Assembly (NCBI RefSeq): GCF_013122565.1
Contig: NZ_CP053258.1
Reading direction: 5' to 3' (one strand)
Length of the DNA stretch: 64,000 nt
Source: Escherichia coli
GTDB taxonomy: Bacteria > Pseudomonadota > Gammaproteobacteria > Enterobacterales > Enterobacteriaceae
The stretch's first letter is position 1, and each line of letters starts with the position of its first letter. The notes under the pieces are model-generated. The model was not told where the DNA came from and ran no database searches. It saw only the letters and a list, made by a program, of their open reading frames with translations. A program made the translations under genes and the position numbers. Below, one piece after another: positions 10,562 to 21,870 of the stretch.

Positions 10562-12006
10562 TGCAGGAAATCTATCGTTTTATCGACGATGCGATTGAAG
10601 CCGATCGCCAACGTTATACCGATATTGCCGATCAAATCTGGGATCATCCAGAAACACGTTTTGAAGAGTTCTGGTCAGCGGAGCATCTGGCTTCGGCGCT
10701 GGAATCTGCAGGCTTCACCGTTACCCGCAACGTAGGCAATATCCCAAATGCCTTTATTGCTTCGTTTGGTCAAGGCAAACCGGTTATCGCCCTGCTGGGG
10801 GAATATGACGCCCTGGCAGGTTTAAGTCAGCGAGCAGGTTGCGCGCAACCTACATCCGTGACGCCCGGTGAAAATGGTCACGGTTGCGGACACAATTTGC
10901 TGGGAACCGCCGCCTTTGCCGCTGCAATAGCCGTCAAGAAATGGCTGGAACAATATGGGCAAGGCGGCACAGTGCGCTTTTATGGTTGTCCTGGCGAAGA
11001 AGGCGGCTCGGGTAAAACGTTCATGGTCCGCGAGGGGGTATTTGATGATGTGGATGCGGCACTCACCTGGCACCCGGAAGCCTTTGCCGGTATGTTCAAT
11101 ACCCGCACGCTGGCAAACATTCAGGCATCATGGCGCTTTAAAGGGATCGCAGCACATGCCGCAAATTCCCCTCATTTGGGACGCAGCGCCCTTGATGCCG
11201 TAACGTTGATGACCACTGGCACCAACTTCCTCAACGAACATATTATTGAAAAAGCGCGCGTACACTATGCCATCACAAATAGCGGCGGGATCTCGCCCAA
11301 CGTGGTCCAGGCGCAGGCAGAAGTGCTTTATCTTATCCGCGCCCCCGAAATGACCGACGTGCAGCATATTTATGATCGGGTCGCCAAAATCGCCGAAGGT
11401 GCGGCATTGATGACCGAAACCAAGGTTGAATGCCGCTTCGACAAAGCCTGTTCCAGTTATCTCCCGAATCGCACCTTAGAAAATGCCATGTACAGAGCCC
11501 TATCCCATTTTGGTACCCCGGAATGGAACTCCGAAGAACTGGCTTTTGCGAAACAAATTCAGGCTACGCTCACCCCCAACGATCGGCAAAACAGTCTGAA
11601 TAATATCGCCGCAACCGGTGGCGAAAACGGCAAGGCTTTTGCACTACGTCATCGTGAAACGGTACTGGCGAATGAAGTCGCGCCATATGCCGCCACCGAT
11701 AACGTGCTTGCGGCATCGACTGATGTCGGCGACGTCAGTTGGAAACTTCCAGTTGCCCAGTGTTTCAGCCCCTGTTTTGCCGTCGGTACACCACTACATA
11801 CGTGGCAACTGGTTAGCCAGGGGCGAACATCTATTGCTCATAAAGGAATGCTGCTGGCGGCGAAAACTATGGCAGCAACCACAGTCAATCTCTTCATTGA
11901 TTCAGGGCTATTGCAACAATGCCAACAAGAGCATCAGCAAGTAACGGACACGCAACCGTATCACTGCCCTATCCCGAAAAACGTGACACCGTCACCTTTA
12001 AAATAA
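10561..12006 (+). CDS. abgB: p-Aminobenzoyl-glutamate hydrolase subunit B (M20 peptidase, 481 aa)
   Basis: Full-length match to remembered AbgB. Translationally coupled to abgA. Confidence 0.93.
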   Translation: MQEIYRFIDDAIEADRQRYTDIADQIWDHPETRFEEFWSAEHLASALESAGFTVTRNVGNIPNAFIASFGQGKPVIALLGEYDALAGLSQRAGCAQPTSVTPGENGHGCGHNLLGTAAFAAAIAVKKWLEQYGQGGTVRFYGCPGEEGGSGKTFMVREGVFDDVDAALTWHPEAFAGMFNTRTLANIQASWRFKGIAAHAANSPHLGRSALDAVTLMTTGTNFLNEHIIEKARVHYAITNSGGISPNVVQAQAEVLYLIRAPEMTDVQHIYDRVAKIAEGAALMTETKVECRFDKACSSYLPNRTLENAMYRALSHFGTPEWNSEELAFAKQIQATLTPNDRQNSLNNIAATGGENGKAFALRHRETVLANEVAPYAATDNVLAASTDVGDVSWKLPVAQCFSPCFAVGTPLHTWQLVSQGRTSIAHKGMLLAAKTMAATTVNLFIDSGLLQQCQQEHQQVTDTQPYHCPIPKNVTPSPLK

Positions 12007-12042
12007 CAACAACAACGCAAACACAACAACCGAGGAATGCCC

Positions 12043-13569
12043 ATGAGTATGTCATCCATACCGTCATCCTCCCAATCCGGGAAGCTCTATGGCTGGGTCG
12101 AAAGAATTGGTAACAAGGTTCCCCATCCTTTTTTGCTCTTTATCTATTTGATTATCGTACTCATGGTGACGACGGCAATTTTGTCGGCCTTTGGCGTCAG
12201 TGCGAAAAACCCGACCGATGGTACGCCAGTGGTGGTGAAAAACCTGCTCAGTGTGGAAGGATTACACTGGTTTTTACCCAATGTTATTAAAAACTTTAGC
12301 GGTTTTGCTCCACTTGGTGCGATCCTGGCGCTGGTTTTAGGTGCCGGTCTGGCGGAGCGCGTCGGCTTACTGCCAGCGCTAATGGTTAAAATGGCATCGC
12401 ATGTTAATGCCCGCTACGCCAGTTATATGGTGCTGTTTATTGCTTTTTTCAGCCACATTTCTTCCGATGCGGCGTTAGTGATCATGCCACCGATGGGTGC
12501 GCTGATTTTTCTGGCGGTGGGCAGGCATCCAGTTGCAGGTTTACTGGCTGCCATTGCAGGCGTAGGTTGCGGCTTTACGGCTAATTTACTGATTGTCACA
12601 ACCGACGTGTTGCTGTCGGGGATCAGCACGGAAGCGGCAGCTGCGTTCAATCCGCAAATGCACGTCAGTGTAATTGATAACTGGTATTTTATGGCCAGCT
12701 CCGTAGTCGTACTGACGATTGTTGGCGGCCTGATAACCGACAAAATCATCGAGCCACGGTTAGGTCAATGGCAGGGAAACAGCGATGAGAAACTGCAGAC
12801 ATTGACCGAAAGTCAGCGTTTTGGTTTACGCATAGCAGGTGTCGTATCGCTACTTTTTATTGCTGCGATCGCGCTGATGGTGATCCCGGAAAACGGGATA
12901 TTGCGCGATCCGATTAATCACACCGTGATGCCATCACCCTTTATTAAAGGTATCGTGCCACTGATCATTCTTTTTTTCTTTGTGGTCTCGCTGGCTTATG
13001 GCATCGCTACCCGCACAATTCGACGTCAGGCGGATTTACCGCATTTAATGATTGAACCGATGAAAGAGATGGCGGGATTTATCGTGATGGTTTTTCCCCT
13101 CGCCCAGTTTGTCGCCATGTTTAACTGGAGCAACATGGGGAAATTCATCGCCGTGGGGCTGACCGATATACTGGAAAGTTCAGGGCTTAGCGGCATCCCG
13201 GCGTTTGTCGGTCTGGCGTTGCTTTCCTCTTTCTTATGCATGTTTATCGCCAGCGGTTCCGCAATCTGGTCGATTCTGGCCCCCATTTTCGTACCAATGT
13301 TTATGCTACTTGGCTTTCACCCGGCATTTGCGCAAATCCTCTTTCGTATTGCCGACTCATCCGTATTGCCTTTAGCGCCAGTATCTCCTTTTGTTCCACT
13401 GTTTCTTGGATTCCTGCAACGCTACAAACCAGACGCGAAACTGGGTACTTACTATTCGTTAGTCTTGCCCTATCCGCTTATCTTTTTGGTGGTATGGCTG
13501 CTGATGTTGCTGGCGTGGTATCTTGTGGGCCTGCCGATAGGTCCGGGGATTTACCCACGTTTGTCTTAA
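12043..13569 (+). CDS. abgT: p-Aminobenzoyl-glutamate transporter AbgT (508 aa)
   Basis: Polytopic membrane protein. [18 protein letters not shown]... matches remembered AbgT. GAGGA lies upstream. Confidence 0.92.
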   Translation: MSMSSIPSSSQSGKLYGWVERIGNKVPHPFLLFIYLIIVLMVTTAILSAFGVSAKNPTDGTPVVVKNLLSVEGLHWFLPNVIKNFSGFAPLGAILALVLGAGLAERVGLLPALMVKMASHVNARYASYMVLFIAFFSHISSDAALVIMPPMGALIFLAVGRHPVAGLLAAIAGVGCGFTANLLIVTTDVLLSGISTEAAAAFNPQMHVSVIDNWYFMASSVVVLTIVGGLITDKIIEPRLGQWQGNSDEKLQTLTESQRFGLRIAGVVSLLFIAAIALMVIPENGILRDPINHTVMPSPFIKGIVPLIILFFFVVSLAYGIATRTIRRQADLPHLMIEPMKEMAGFIVMVFPLAQFVAMFNWSNMGKFIAVGLTDILESSGLSGIPAFVGLALLSSFLCMFIASGSAIWSILAPIFVPMFMLLGFHPAFAQILFRIADSSVLPLAPVSPFVPLFLGFLQRYKPDAKLGTYYSLVLPYPLIFLVVWLLMLLAWYLVGLPIGPGIYPRLS

Positions 13570-13579
13570 GAGAGAACGG

Positions 13580-14095
13580 ATGCTGAGATTACTTGAAGAA
13601 AAAATTGCCACGCCACTGGGTCCACTGTGGGTGATTTGCGATGAGCAATTTCGCCTGCGGGCGGTTGAATGGGAAGAGTACAGCGAACGCATGGTGCAGC
13701 TGCTGGACATCCATTATCGCAAAGAAGGCTATGAGCGCATTTCTGCCACCAATCCAGGCGGTTTAAGCGACAAGCTTCGTGAATATTTTGCCGGTAATCT
13801 TAGCATTATTGATACGCTTCCCACTGCTACGGGGGGGACGCCATTTCAGCGCGAAGTCTGGAAAACACTACGCACTATCCCCTGCGGGCAGGTAATGCAT
13901 TACGGCGAACTGGCTGAGCAATTGGGCCGTCCTGGCGCGGCGCGTGCCGTTGGTGCGGCAAACGGATCGAATCCCATCAGCATCGTCGTACCTTGCCATC
14001 GGGTTATTGGCCGAAACGGCACCATGACCGGATATGCAGGCGGAGTTCAGCGAAAAGAGTGGTTATTGCGCCATGAAGGTTATCTTTTGCTGTAA
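13580..14095 (+). CDS. ogt: O6-alkylguanine-DNA methyltransferase Ogt (171 aa)
   Basis: PCHRV active-site motif. Matches remembered Ogt. Confidence 0.95.
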   Translation: MLRLLEEKIATPLGPLWVICDEQFRLRAVEWEEYSERMVQLLDIHYRKEGYERISATNPGGLSDKLREYFAGNLSIIDTLPTATGGTPFQREVWKTLRTIPCGQVMHYGELAEQLGRPGAARAVGAANGSNPISIVVPCHRVIGRNGTMTGYAGGVQRKEWLLRHEGYLLL

Positions 14096-14256
14096 ACATT
14101 AAACAATTTGTGCCAGCTTGTTCACACTTTTATGTAAAGTTACCCTTAACAACTTAAGGGTTTTCAAATAGATAGACATATATTTACATCTAATATCGGA
14201 ATTCTCTGCTGTTAAGGTTTGCTTAGACTTACTTGCTCCCTAAAAAGATGTTAAAA

Positions 14257-14270
14257 TTGACAAATATCAA
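14257..14270 (+). promoter_or_regulatory. FNR box overlapping the fnr promoter (autoregulation)
   Basis: TTGACAAATATCAA is a near-perfect TTGAT-N4-ATCAA, 20 nt upstream of the fnr ATG. Confidence 0.8.
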
Positions 14271-14289
14271 TTACGGCTTGAGCAGACCT

Positions 14290-15042
14290 ATGATCCCGGA
14301 AAAGCGAATTATACGGCGCATTCAGTCTGGCGGTTGTGCTATCCATTGCCAGGATTGCAGCATCAGCCAGCTTTGCATCCCGTTCACACTCAACGAACAT
14401 GAGCTTGATCAGCTTGATAATATCATTGAGCGGAAGAAGCCTATTCAGAAAGGCCAGACGCTGTTTAAGGCTGGTGATGAACTTAAATCGCTTTATGCCA
14501 TCCGCTCCGGTACGATTAAAAGTTATACCATCACTGAGCAAGGCGACGAGCAAATCACTGGTTTCCATTTAGCAGGCGACCTGGTGGGATTTGACGCCAT
14601 CGGCAGCGGCCATCACCCGAGCTTCGCGCAGGCGCTGGAAACCTCGATGGTATGTGAAATCCCGTTCGAAACGCTGGACGATTTGTCCGGTAAAATGCCG
14701 AATCTGCGTCAGCAGATGATGCGTCTGATGAGCGGTGAAATCAAAGGCGATCAGGACATGATCCTGCTGTTGTCGAAGAAAAATGCCGAGGAACGTCTGG
14801 CTGCATTCATCTACAACTTGTCCCGTCGTTTTGCCCAACGCGGCTTCTCCCCTCGTGAATTCCGCCTGACGATGACTCGTGGCGATATCGGTAACTATCT
14901 GGGCCTGACGGTAGAAACCATCAGCCGTCTGCTGGGTCGCTTCCAGAAAAGCGGTATGCTGGCAGTCAAAGGTAAATACATCACCATCGAAAATAACGAT
15001 GCGCTGGCCCAGCTTGCTGGTCATACGCGTAACGTTGCCTGA
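14290..15042 (+). CDS. fnr: Anaerobic global regulator FNR (250 aa)
   Basis: N-terminal cysteine cluster (C16, C20, C23, C29; part of the [4Fe-4S] ligand set) and ETISRLL HTH. Full match to remembered FNR. The track start at 14233 is an upstream extension. Confidence 0.97.
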
Positions 15043-15193
15043 TTTTTCCGCATAACTCACTATCCTTCTGTCATATCATTAAATTTTTCTGATTTATTGA
15101 TCTGGCAGAAGGTTCATCACTGTTTCATTCACCAGATATGGGTTAATCTTTTAATTACAAACTGCGTTGACAGTTGTTGTAAGGAGACCCTGT

Positions 15194-16144
15194 ATGGCTA
15201 TGTATCAGAACATGCTCGTTGTTATCGATCCTAACCAGGACGACCAACCAGCATTGCGGCGAGCTGTTTATTTACATCAACGGATTGGTGGCAAAATTAA
15301 AGCCTTTTTGCCGATCTATGACTTCTCATACGAAATGACCACCCTGCTCTCCCCGGACGAACGTACCGCTATGCGTCAGGGCGTCATCAGCCAGCGTACA
15401 GCCTGGATCCACGAGCAGGCAAAATATTATCTCAATGCTGGCGTTCCCATTGAAATTAAAGTGGTCTGGCATAACCGTCCTTTCGAAGCCATCATTCAGG
15501 AAGTGATCAGCGGCGGGCACGATTTGGTGCTAAAAATGGCGCACCAACATGACCGTCTGGAAGCGGTGATTTTTACGCCAACGGACTGGCATCTGTTACG
15601 CAAATGCCCAAGCCCGGTATGGATGGTGAAAGACCAGCCGTGGCCGGAAGGGGGTAAGGCGCTGGTGGCGGTGAATCTCGCCAGTGAAGAGCCGTATCAT
15701 AATGCGCTCAATGAAAAACTGGTCAAAGAGACGATCGAACTGGCAGAACAAGTCAACCATACCGAAGTTCATCTGGTTGGCGCTTACCCAGTAACGCCAA
15801 TTAATATCGCGATTGAACTGCCGGAATTTGATCCGAGCGTTTATAACGATGCCATTCGTGGGCAACATTTGCTGGCAATGAAAGCTCTGCGGCAGAAATT
15901 CGGCATTAATGAAAACATGACGCACGTAGAAAAAGGTCTGCCAGAAGAGGTGATTCCTGATTTGGCGGAGCACTTACAGGCGGGGATTGTGGTTCTGGGC
16001 ACGGTCGGACGCACCGGTATTTCAGCAGCATTCCTCGGCAACACGGCGGAACAGGTGATTGATCATCTTCGCTGCGATCTGTTGGTCATTAAACCTGACC
16101 AGTATCAGACACCCGTTGAACTGGATGACGAAGAAGACGATTAA
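15194..16144 (+). CDS. uspE: Tandem-domain universal stress protein E (316 aa)
   Basis: [25 protein letters not shown]... matches remembered UspE/YdaA. AAGGAG SD lies upstream. Confidence 0.93.
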   Translation: MAMYQNMLVVIDPNQDDQPALRRAVYLHQRIGGKIKAFLPIYDFSYEMTTLLSPDERTAMRQGVISQRTAWIHEQAKYYLNAGVPIEIKVVWHNRPFEAIIQEVISGGHDLVLKMAHQHDRLEAVIFTPTDWHLLRKCPSPVWMVKDQPWPEGGKALVAVNLASEEPYHNALNEKLVKETIELAEQVNHTEVHLVGAYPVTPINIAIELPEFDPSVYNDAIRGQHLLAMKALRQKFGINENMTHVEKGLPEEVIPDLAEHLQAGIVVLGTVGRTGISAAFLGNTAEQVIDHLRCDLLVIKPDQYQTPVELDDEEDD

Positions 16145-16165
16145 CGACTCTTCAATAACTGACAA

Positions 16166-16191
16166 GGCCCGAGTTATCGGGCCTATTTTTT
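16166..16191 (+). terminator. Terminator between convergent uspE and ynaJ
   Basis: GGCCCGA-gtta-TCGGGCC hairpin followed by a T-rich tract. Confidence 0.7.
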
Positions 16192-16193
16192 AC

Positions 16194-16451
16194 TTACTGC
16201 TCTTCGCCGCCAAGGAAATAAATTCCCAACGGGATTGCCAGCAACACAGTAAAGACCAGGCTATAAACAAAAATCATCGATGACTGAATCACATACATTG
16301 ATGTCGTCCACTCAGACAGCGGAATATTGTACTGTTCTATAACGCCGCCGATAGTCGCGCGAGTCACAACCGACGCCGCAATAATGAAAACCGCCAACAA
16401 ACCAAAGAGAAATTTCTTCCCTTTCGCTGACTTCAGTTTCGCCATAATCAT
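16194..16451 (-). CDS. ynaJ: Small inner-membrane protein YnaJ (85 aa)
   Basis: Two predicted TM helices. MIMAKLKSAKGKKFLFGLLAVF... matches remembered YnaJ. Confidence 0.85.
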   Translation of the reverse strand: MIMAKLKSAKGKKFLFGLLAVFIIAASVVTRATIGGVIEQYNIPLSEWTTSMYVIQSSMIFVYSLVFTVLLAIPLGIYFLGGEEQ

Positions 16452-16694
16452 GATGTAATCCTTGTGCAGACAAATTTCTTGTTACCTAAACGTAACAATA
16501 CCATGACATTTCACCGTTGTCTGCTCTGAAAAGCTCACCTCTTAGCTGGATTTACAATCAACGCATTGATTAGTTAGCTAATGTTGCTACTTCCTTCCCT
16601 GACTATTGATGATCTGAATGAATTGTCGCGGTAAAATAGCCCCGCCAGGGGTTTCCGGCATGACGACAATTATCTGGAGGAGCCTGATAAAACA

Positions 16695-17726
16695 ATGATC
16701 GCTGAACTGTTTACAAATAATGCGCTTAATCTGGTCATTATTTTCGGTAGCTGCGCAGCATTGATTCTGATGAGCTTTTGGTTTCGCCGCGGAAATCGTA
16801 AAAGAAAAGGCTTTTTATTCCATGCGGTGCAATTTTTAATCTACACCATAATTATCAGTGCTGTTGGTAGCATTATTAATTATGTTATAGAAAACTATAA
16901 ACTCAAATTTATCACCCCAGGCGTTATCGATTTTATCTGTACGTCCCTGATTGCGGTTATTCTGACGATTAAGCTATTTTTGCTGATTAATCAGTTTGAA
17001 AAACAGCAGATTAAAAAAGGTCGCGATATCACCAGTGCGCGGATTATGTCGCGCATTATCAAAATCACCATTATTGTGGTGCTTGTTCTGCTTTATGGCG
17101 AACATTTCGGCATGAGCCTTTCTGGCTTGTTGACCTTTGGTGGTATTGGTGGTCTGGCTGTCGGTATGGCCGGTAAAGATATTTTGAGTAACTTCTTTTC
17201 CGGGATCATGCTCTATTTCGACCGTCCTTTTAGTATTGGCGACTGGATCCGTTCACCGGACAGAAATATCGAAGGTACAGTAGCGGAAATTGGCTGGCGA
17301 ATTACCAAGATTACGACTTTTGATAATCGTCCATTGTACGTACCGAACTCGCTGTTTTCGTCGATCAGCGTAGAAAACCCAGGACGAATGACCAACCGGC
17401 GCATTACCACGACCATTGGTTTACGTTATGAGGATGCGGCAAAAGTGGGCGTTATTGTCGAAGCCGTACGTGAGATGCTGAAAAATCACCCGGCCATTGA
17501 CCAGCGACAAACCTTACTGGTTTATTTCAACCAGTTTGCTGACTCCTCATTGAATATTATGGTTTATTGCTTTACCAAAACCACGGTATGGGCTGAATGG
17601 CTTGCTGCACAGCAAGACGTTTATTTGAAGATTATCGATATTGTACAGTCACACGGCGCGGACTTTGCCTTCCCCAGCCAGACGCTGTATATGGATAACA
17701 TTACACCGCCGGACCAGGGTCGCTAA
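16695..17726 (+). CDS. ynaI: MscS-family mechanosensitive channel YnaI (343 aa)
   Basis: Multiple N-terminal TM helices plus an MscS beta-domain region. Matches remembered YnaI. Confidence 0.93.
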   Translation: MIAELFTNNALNLVIIFGSCAALILMSFWFRRGNRKRKGFLFHAVQFLIYTIIISAVGSIINYVIENYKLKFITPGVIDFICTSLIAVILTIKLFLLINQFEKQQIKKGRDITSARIMSRIIKITIIVVLVLLYGEHFGMSLSGLLTFGGIGGLAVGMAGKDILSNFFSGIMLYFDRPFSIGDWIRSPDRNIEGTVAEIGWRITKITTFDNRPLYVPNSLFSSISVENPGRMTNRRITTTIGLRYEDAAKVGVIVEAVREMLKNHPAIDQRQTLLVYFNQFADSSLNIMVYCFTKTTVWAEWLAAQQDVYLKIIDIVQSHGADFAFPSQTLYMDNITPPDQGR

Positions 17727-17776
17727 ATCAGACATCACTGGCGTTATCCACAAGGGTAACGCCAGTTCCCATCACA

Positions 17777-19390
17777 TCAATGCTTCACAATATACATAGT
17801 CCGACTGTACGCCACATCTTCCGGGTTATTAATGGGATAACCTTTCAGCCACGGCTTGATTAATCGTCCATTGGTATATTGATAAATTGGTGCAATCGGT
17901 GCTTGCTCCATGAGGATTTTTTCTGCCGCATTGTAATCGGCATTACGCGCTTTAACGGTATTTTCCGTTGATGCCTGGGCCAGTACTTTGTCGTATGCCG
18001 GATTGTTAAAGCGTGAAATATTTCCTGAATGCGTTGACGTTAATAATGTCAGGAAAGTGGAGGGTTCATTATAATCCCCTACCCACGAGGCTCGGATAAC
18101 ATCAAAATTGCCGGTGTTACGGCTATCGATATAGGTTTTCCATTCCTGATTTTGCAATTTAACATCTACGCCAAGGTTCTTTTTCCACATCGATGCTACA
18201 GCAATCGCAATTTTTTGATGGTTTTCTGAAGTGTTATACAAAAGCGTCAGCTTCAGCGGTTTTTGCGGACCATAACCAGCTGCGCTCAACAAAGTTTTTG
18301 CCTGCGCATTCAGTTCTTCCTGACTCATTTGTTCAAACGGCGAAGGCTCCGGCGTAAAACCGGCAGTAACATCTGGTGTAAAATGCCACGCTGGCTTTTC
18401 ACCCGTCCCCAACACTTTTTCGGTCATCAGGCGGCGATCTATCGTCATACTTAATGCCAGACGAACGCGCTGATCTGCCGTCGGCCCTTTTTGCGTGTTA
18501 AACGCATAATAATAGGTCCCGAGCTGCGGCGGCGTATAAACCTGCCCCGGAATATCCTTCAACAGCTTCTGATACATATTTTTCGGGAAGGATTCGGTGA
18601 TATCAATATCCCCCGCGAGATAACGCTTAGTGGCTGCGGATTCCTGATTAATTGGCAGGAAGGTCACTTTTTGCAGCACCGTTTTGGCGTTATCCCAATA
18701 ATGGGTATTCGGTACCACGACCAGTTTTTCATTGACTACGCGCTCTTTAAGAACATAAGCGCCATTACCGATCAGATTTCCGGGTTTCGTCCACTCTTTA
18801 CTGCTTTCTACGTTGGCTTTTTGCACCGGGAAGAAGGCAAAGTTAGCGGTTAAATTCACAAACCACGGCAACGGTTTATCAAGCTGGATTTTCAAAGTAT
18901 GGGCATCAACTGCGGTGACGCCAAGCTGGTCAGGCGCGGCTTTACCATCAATAATCGCCTGTGCGTTGTTGATTCCCGCCAGCGCGGCAAACCATGCAAA
19001 TGGCGACAATGTTTTTGGGTCCACCAGACGTTGCCAGCTGTAGACAAAATCTTGCGCCGTTACCGGTGTGCCATCCGCCCATTTTGCGTTATCGCGCAGG
19101 GTAAAAGTCCAGATACGGTTGTCATTACTTTTCCACTGAGTCGCAACGCCGGGGACAATCTCCCCTTTCTCGTTCTGATTCACCAGTCCTTCAAACAGAT
19201 CGCGAATGACCTGAATCTCTGGCAGGCCCACGGCTTTAGCGGGATCCAGCGACGCAGGCTCATCTTTAATGTGGCGCACCAGCTCCTGCTTCTCTGCCAG
19301 TACTGTGCCGCTCGGAACTTCTGCAGCATACGAAAGAGAAATGCTGCTGACCAACAGCGCACAACACGTGACTGAAACAGAGTGCTTCAT
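17777..19390 (-). CDS. mppA: Periplasmic murein tripeptide-binding protein MppA (537 aa)
   Basis: Signal peptide MKHSVSVTCCALLVSSISLSYA. OppA-like family 5 SBP. Matches remembered MppA. The track start at 19411 adds 7 aa. Confidence 0.93.
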   Translation of the reverse strand: MKHSVSVTCCALLVSSISLSYAAEVPSGTVLAEKQELVRHIKDEPASLDPAKAVGLPEIQVIRDLFEGLVNQNEKGEIVPGVATQWKSNDNRIWTFTLRDNAKWADGTPVTAQDFVYSWQRLVDPKTLSPFAWFAALAGINNAQAIIDGKAAPDQLGVTAVDAHTLKIQLDKPLPWFVNLTANFAFFPVQKANVESSKEWTKPGNLIGNGAYVLKERVVNEKLVVVPNTHYWDNAKTVLQKVTFLPINQESAATKRYLAGDIDITESFPKNMYQKLLKDIPGQVYTPPQLGTYYYAFNTQKGPTADQRVRLALSMTIDRRLMTEKVLGTGEKPAWHFTPDVTAGFTPEPSPFEQMSQEELNAQAKTLLSAAGYGPQKPLKLTLLYNTSENHQKIAIAVASMWKKNLGVDVKLQNQEWKTYIDSRNTGNFDVIRASWVGDYNEPSTFLTLLTSTHSGNISRFNNPAYDKVLAQASTENTVKARNADYNAAEKILMEQAPIAPIYQYTNGRLIKPWLKGYPINNPEDVAYSRTMYIVKH

Positions 19391-19572
19391 AAGTTTCCCT
19401 CTAACCGACATTAAAATTGATGCGTAATTATTTGTTTCGCCTTAAAGAAATGCAAACAACTTCCATCAAAAAAGTGATACAAGATCGATAACATAGCGTT
19501 GAAGAAAAGGATTTGATAATCCGCAAAATTTGCACAACACTGCCTGTAATACTTCCTGAACCAGAGACGATC

Positions 19573-20301
19573 ATGACCGTAACCCGCCCACGCGCCGAAC
19601 GCGGCGCATTTCCGCCCGGAACAGAACATTACGGACGTTCATTATTGGGCGCGCCGTTAATCTGGTTTCCGGCCCCTGCAGCCAGTCGCGAAAGTGGTTT
19701 GATACTGGCTGGCACTCACGGTGATGAAAACTCTTCGGTCGTCACGCTCTCCTGTGCTCTGCGGACTTTGACACCGTCTTTGCGCCGCCATCATGTGGTG
19801 CTGTGTGTGAATCCTGACGGCTGCCAGTTGGGGTTACGGGCCAATGCTAATGGTGTGGATTTAAACAGAAACTTTCCTGCGGCGAACTGGAAGGAAGGTG
19901 AAACGGTTTATCGCTGGAACAGCGCCGCTGAAGAACGTGATGTTGTATTACTGACAGGTGACAAACCTGGCTCCGAACCTGAAACCCAGGCGCTGTGCCA
20001 GCTTATACACCGCATTCAACCTGCCTGGGTGGTCTCATTCCACGATCCACTGGCTTGTATTGAAGATCCCAGACACAGCGAATTAGGCGAATGGCTGGCC
20101 CAGGCGTTTGAATTGCCTCTGGTAACCAGCGTCGGTTATGAAACGCCTGGCTCTTTCGGCAGTTGGTGTGCAGATCTCAACTTGCATTGCATCACCGCAG
20201 AGTTTCCGCCCATCTCCTCCGACGAAGCCAGCGAAAAATATCTCTTTGCGATGGCAAACTTGCTGCGCTGGCATCCTAAAGATGCAATTCGCCCGTCGTG
20301 A
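19573..20301 (+). CDS. mpaA: Murein tripeptide amidase MpaA (242 aa)
   Basis: M14-like zinc carboxypeptidase motif (GTHGDE). MTVTRPRAERGAFPPGTEHYG... matches remembered MpaA/YcjI. Confidence 0.92.
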   Translation: MTVTRPRAERGAFPPGTEHYGRSLLGAPLIWFPAPAASRESGLILAGTHGDENSSVVTLSCALRTLTPSLRRHHVVLCVNPDGCQLGLRANANGVDLNRNFPAANWKEGETVYRWNSAAEERDVVLLTGDKPGSEPETQALCQLIHRIQPAWVVSFHDPLACIEDPRHSELGEWLAQAFELPLVTSVGYETPGSFGSWCADLNLHCITAEFPPISSDEASEKYLFAMANLLRWHPKDAIRPS

Positions 20302-21241
20302 ACTGAAGCGCCGGTTCCACATCTACCGCCAGCCAGGTCGGTCCGTCAAGATCGGCGAAACTGACCTGCGGCACCAGCGGTAAAGCGGCGCTAATGGCAC
20401 GAGAGGTACACAACATGCAGCCCAGCATCAGACGAAAACCTTGTGCACGTGCTTCAGTCGCCAGCGCCAGCGCTTCCGTCAGACCGCCGGTTTTATCGAG
20501 CTTAATGTTAACCATCTCATAGCGCCCTTTCAGCGCCTTCAGATTGCTACGAGTATGACAACTTTCATCAGCACAAATCGGCAACGGATGAATAAAATTC
20601 TCCAGCGCCGCATCGTCCTGCGCAGGAAGCGGTTGTTCAAGCATCGCAACGCCTAAATCCGCCAATAGCTGGCAACGCGCCGCCAACCCTTCTGCACGCC
20701 AGGATTCATTTGCGTCAACGATCAGCGTGGCATCGGGCACAGCTGTGCGAATTGCCACCATCCGCTCACTGATAAGATGGTTATCCAGCTTCACTTTCAG
20801 TAATTTCGCGCCTGCCTGCCAGAGTGTTGATGCACTATTGGCCATCTGATCAGGCGTACCGATGACTACCGTCTGGGCAGTGGTGACTGTCTCGGGAAGC
20901 GTTATGCCGATCAAATCAGCCAGCGTTTGCTGCTGTTTTCGCGCCGCCAGATCCCACAATGCACAATCCAGCGCATTACGTGCTGCGCCGGCAGGGAGAA
21001 TTTTTTGCAACTCCTCCCGTGTCAGCCCTTTCTCTAATTGCGGCACGACGCTTATAATTTGCGCCATTACCGAGGCATCACTTTCTCCATAACGCGGATA
21101 CGGCGTGCATTCACCGGTGCCTTTAATACCCTCTTCTTCCAGTTCAACCACCACCACGCGCGCTTCACTGCGACTTCCCCGGGCAATCACAAACGGGGTA
21201 TGTAAGGGCCAGGCTTCCTCAAATACCTTAACGGTTCTCAT
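20276..21241 (-). CDS. ycjG: L-Ala-D/L-Glu epimerase YcjG (enolase superfamily, 321 aa)
   Basis: MRTVKVFEEAWPLHTPFVIARGSR... matches remembered YcjG. SD is GGAG. Its 3' end overlaps mpaA by 26 bp. Confidence 0.92.
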   Translation of the reverse strand: MRTVKVFEEAWPLHTPFVIARGSRSEARVVVVELEEEGIKGTGECTPYPRYGESDASVMAQIISVVPQLEKGLTREELQKILPAGAARNALDCALWDLAARKQQQTLADLIGITLPETVTTAQTVVIGTPDQMANSASTLWQAGAKLLKVKLDNHLISERMVAIRTAVPDATLIVDANESWRAEGLAARCQLLADLGVAMLEQPLPAQDDAALENFIHPLPICADESCHTRSNLKALKGRYEMVNIKLDKTGGLTEALALATEARAQGFRLMLGCMLCTSRAISAALPLVPQVSFADLDGPTWLAVDVEPALQFTTGELHL

Positions 21242-21359
21242 CTTTACTCCTTGTTGTCGCGGTGGTCTGCGGATTAAGCGCAAATAGCGTTTGCTGTGTT
21301 ATTGACAGTTAGCATAAACTAGGTGTGACGTTAACTATATGTAAACAGGAAAGATAATC

Positions 21360-21863
21360 ATGTCACAAACCGTTCATTTCCAGGGCAACCCGGTTACAGT
21401 CGCCAACTCCATCCCGCAGACGGGTAGCAAAGCGCAGACTTTTACTCTCGTGGCAAAAGATCTGTCTGACGTCACCCTCGGTCAGTTTGCGGGTAAACGC
21501 AAAGTGCTGAACATTTTCCCGAGTATTGATACCGGTGTTTGCGCCGCATCAGTACGTAAGTTTAACCAACTGGCAACCGAGATCGACAACACCGTTGTGC
21601 TGTGTATCTCTGCCGATCTGCCGTTCGCCCAGTCTCGTTTCTGCGGCGCAGAAGGTCTGAACAACGTTATCACCCTCTCCACTTTCCGTAACGCTGAATT
21701 TCTGCAAGCCTACGGTGTGGCAATTGCTGATGGCCCACTGAAAGGTCTGGCAGCGCGTGCCGTTGTGGTTATTGATGAAAATGACAACGTGATTTTCAGC
21801 CAGCTGGTGGATGAAATCACCACCGAGCCGGATTACGAAGCAGCTCTGGCTGTACTGCGCTAA
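21360..21863 (+). CDS. tpx: Thiol peroxidase Tpx (167 aa)
   Basis: Peroxidatic cysteine in the SIDTGVC context. Matches remembered Tpx, except that the C-terminus reads ...ALAVLR* here and I recall ...ALAVLKA* in K-12. Confidence 0.95.
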   Translation: MSQTVHFQGNPVTVANSIPQTGSKAQTFTLVAKDLSDVTLGQFAGKRKVLNIFPSIDTGVCAASVRKFNQLATEIDNTVVLCISADLPFAQSRFCGAEGLNNVITLSTFRNAEFLQAYGVAIADGPLKGLAARAVVVIDENDNVIFSQLVDEITTEPDYEAALAVLR

Positions 21864-21870
21864 ACAACTG

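Noticed and set aside
16556-16571. Palindrome AATCAA-CGCA-TTGATT in the ynaJ-ynaI spacer, which at first looks like an FNR/CRP-family box.
   Set aside because: The half-sites are in the opposite arrangement (ATCAA-N4-TTGAT) to the FNR consensus (TTGAT-N4-ATCAA), so it is not an FNR site. I have no other support for a function.
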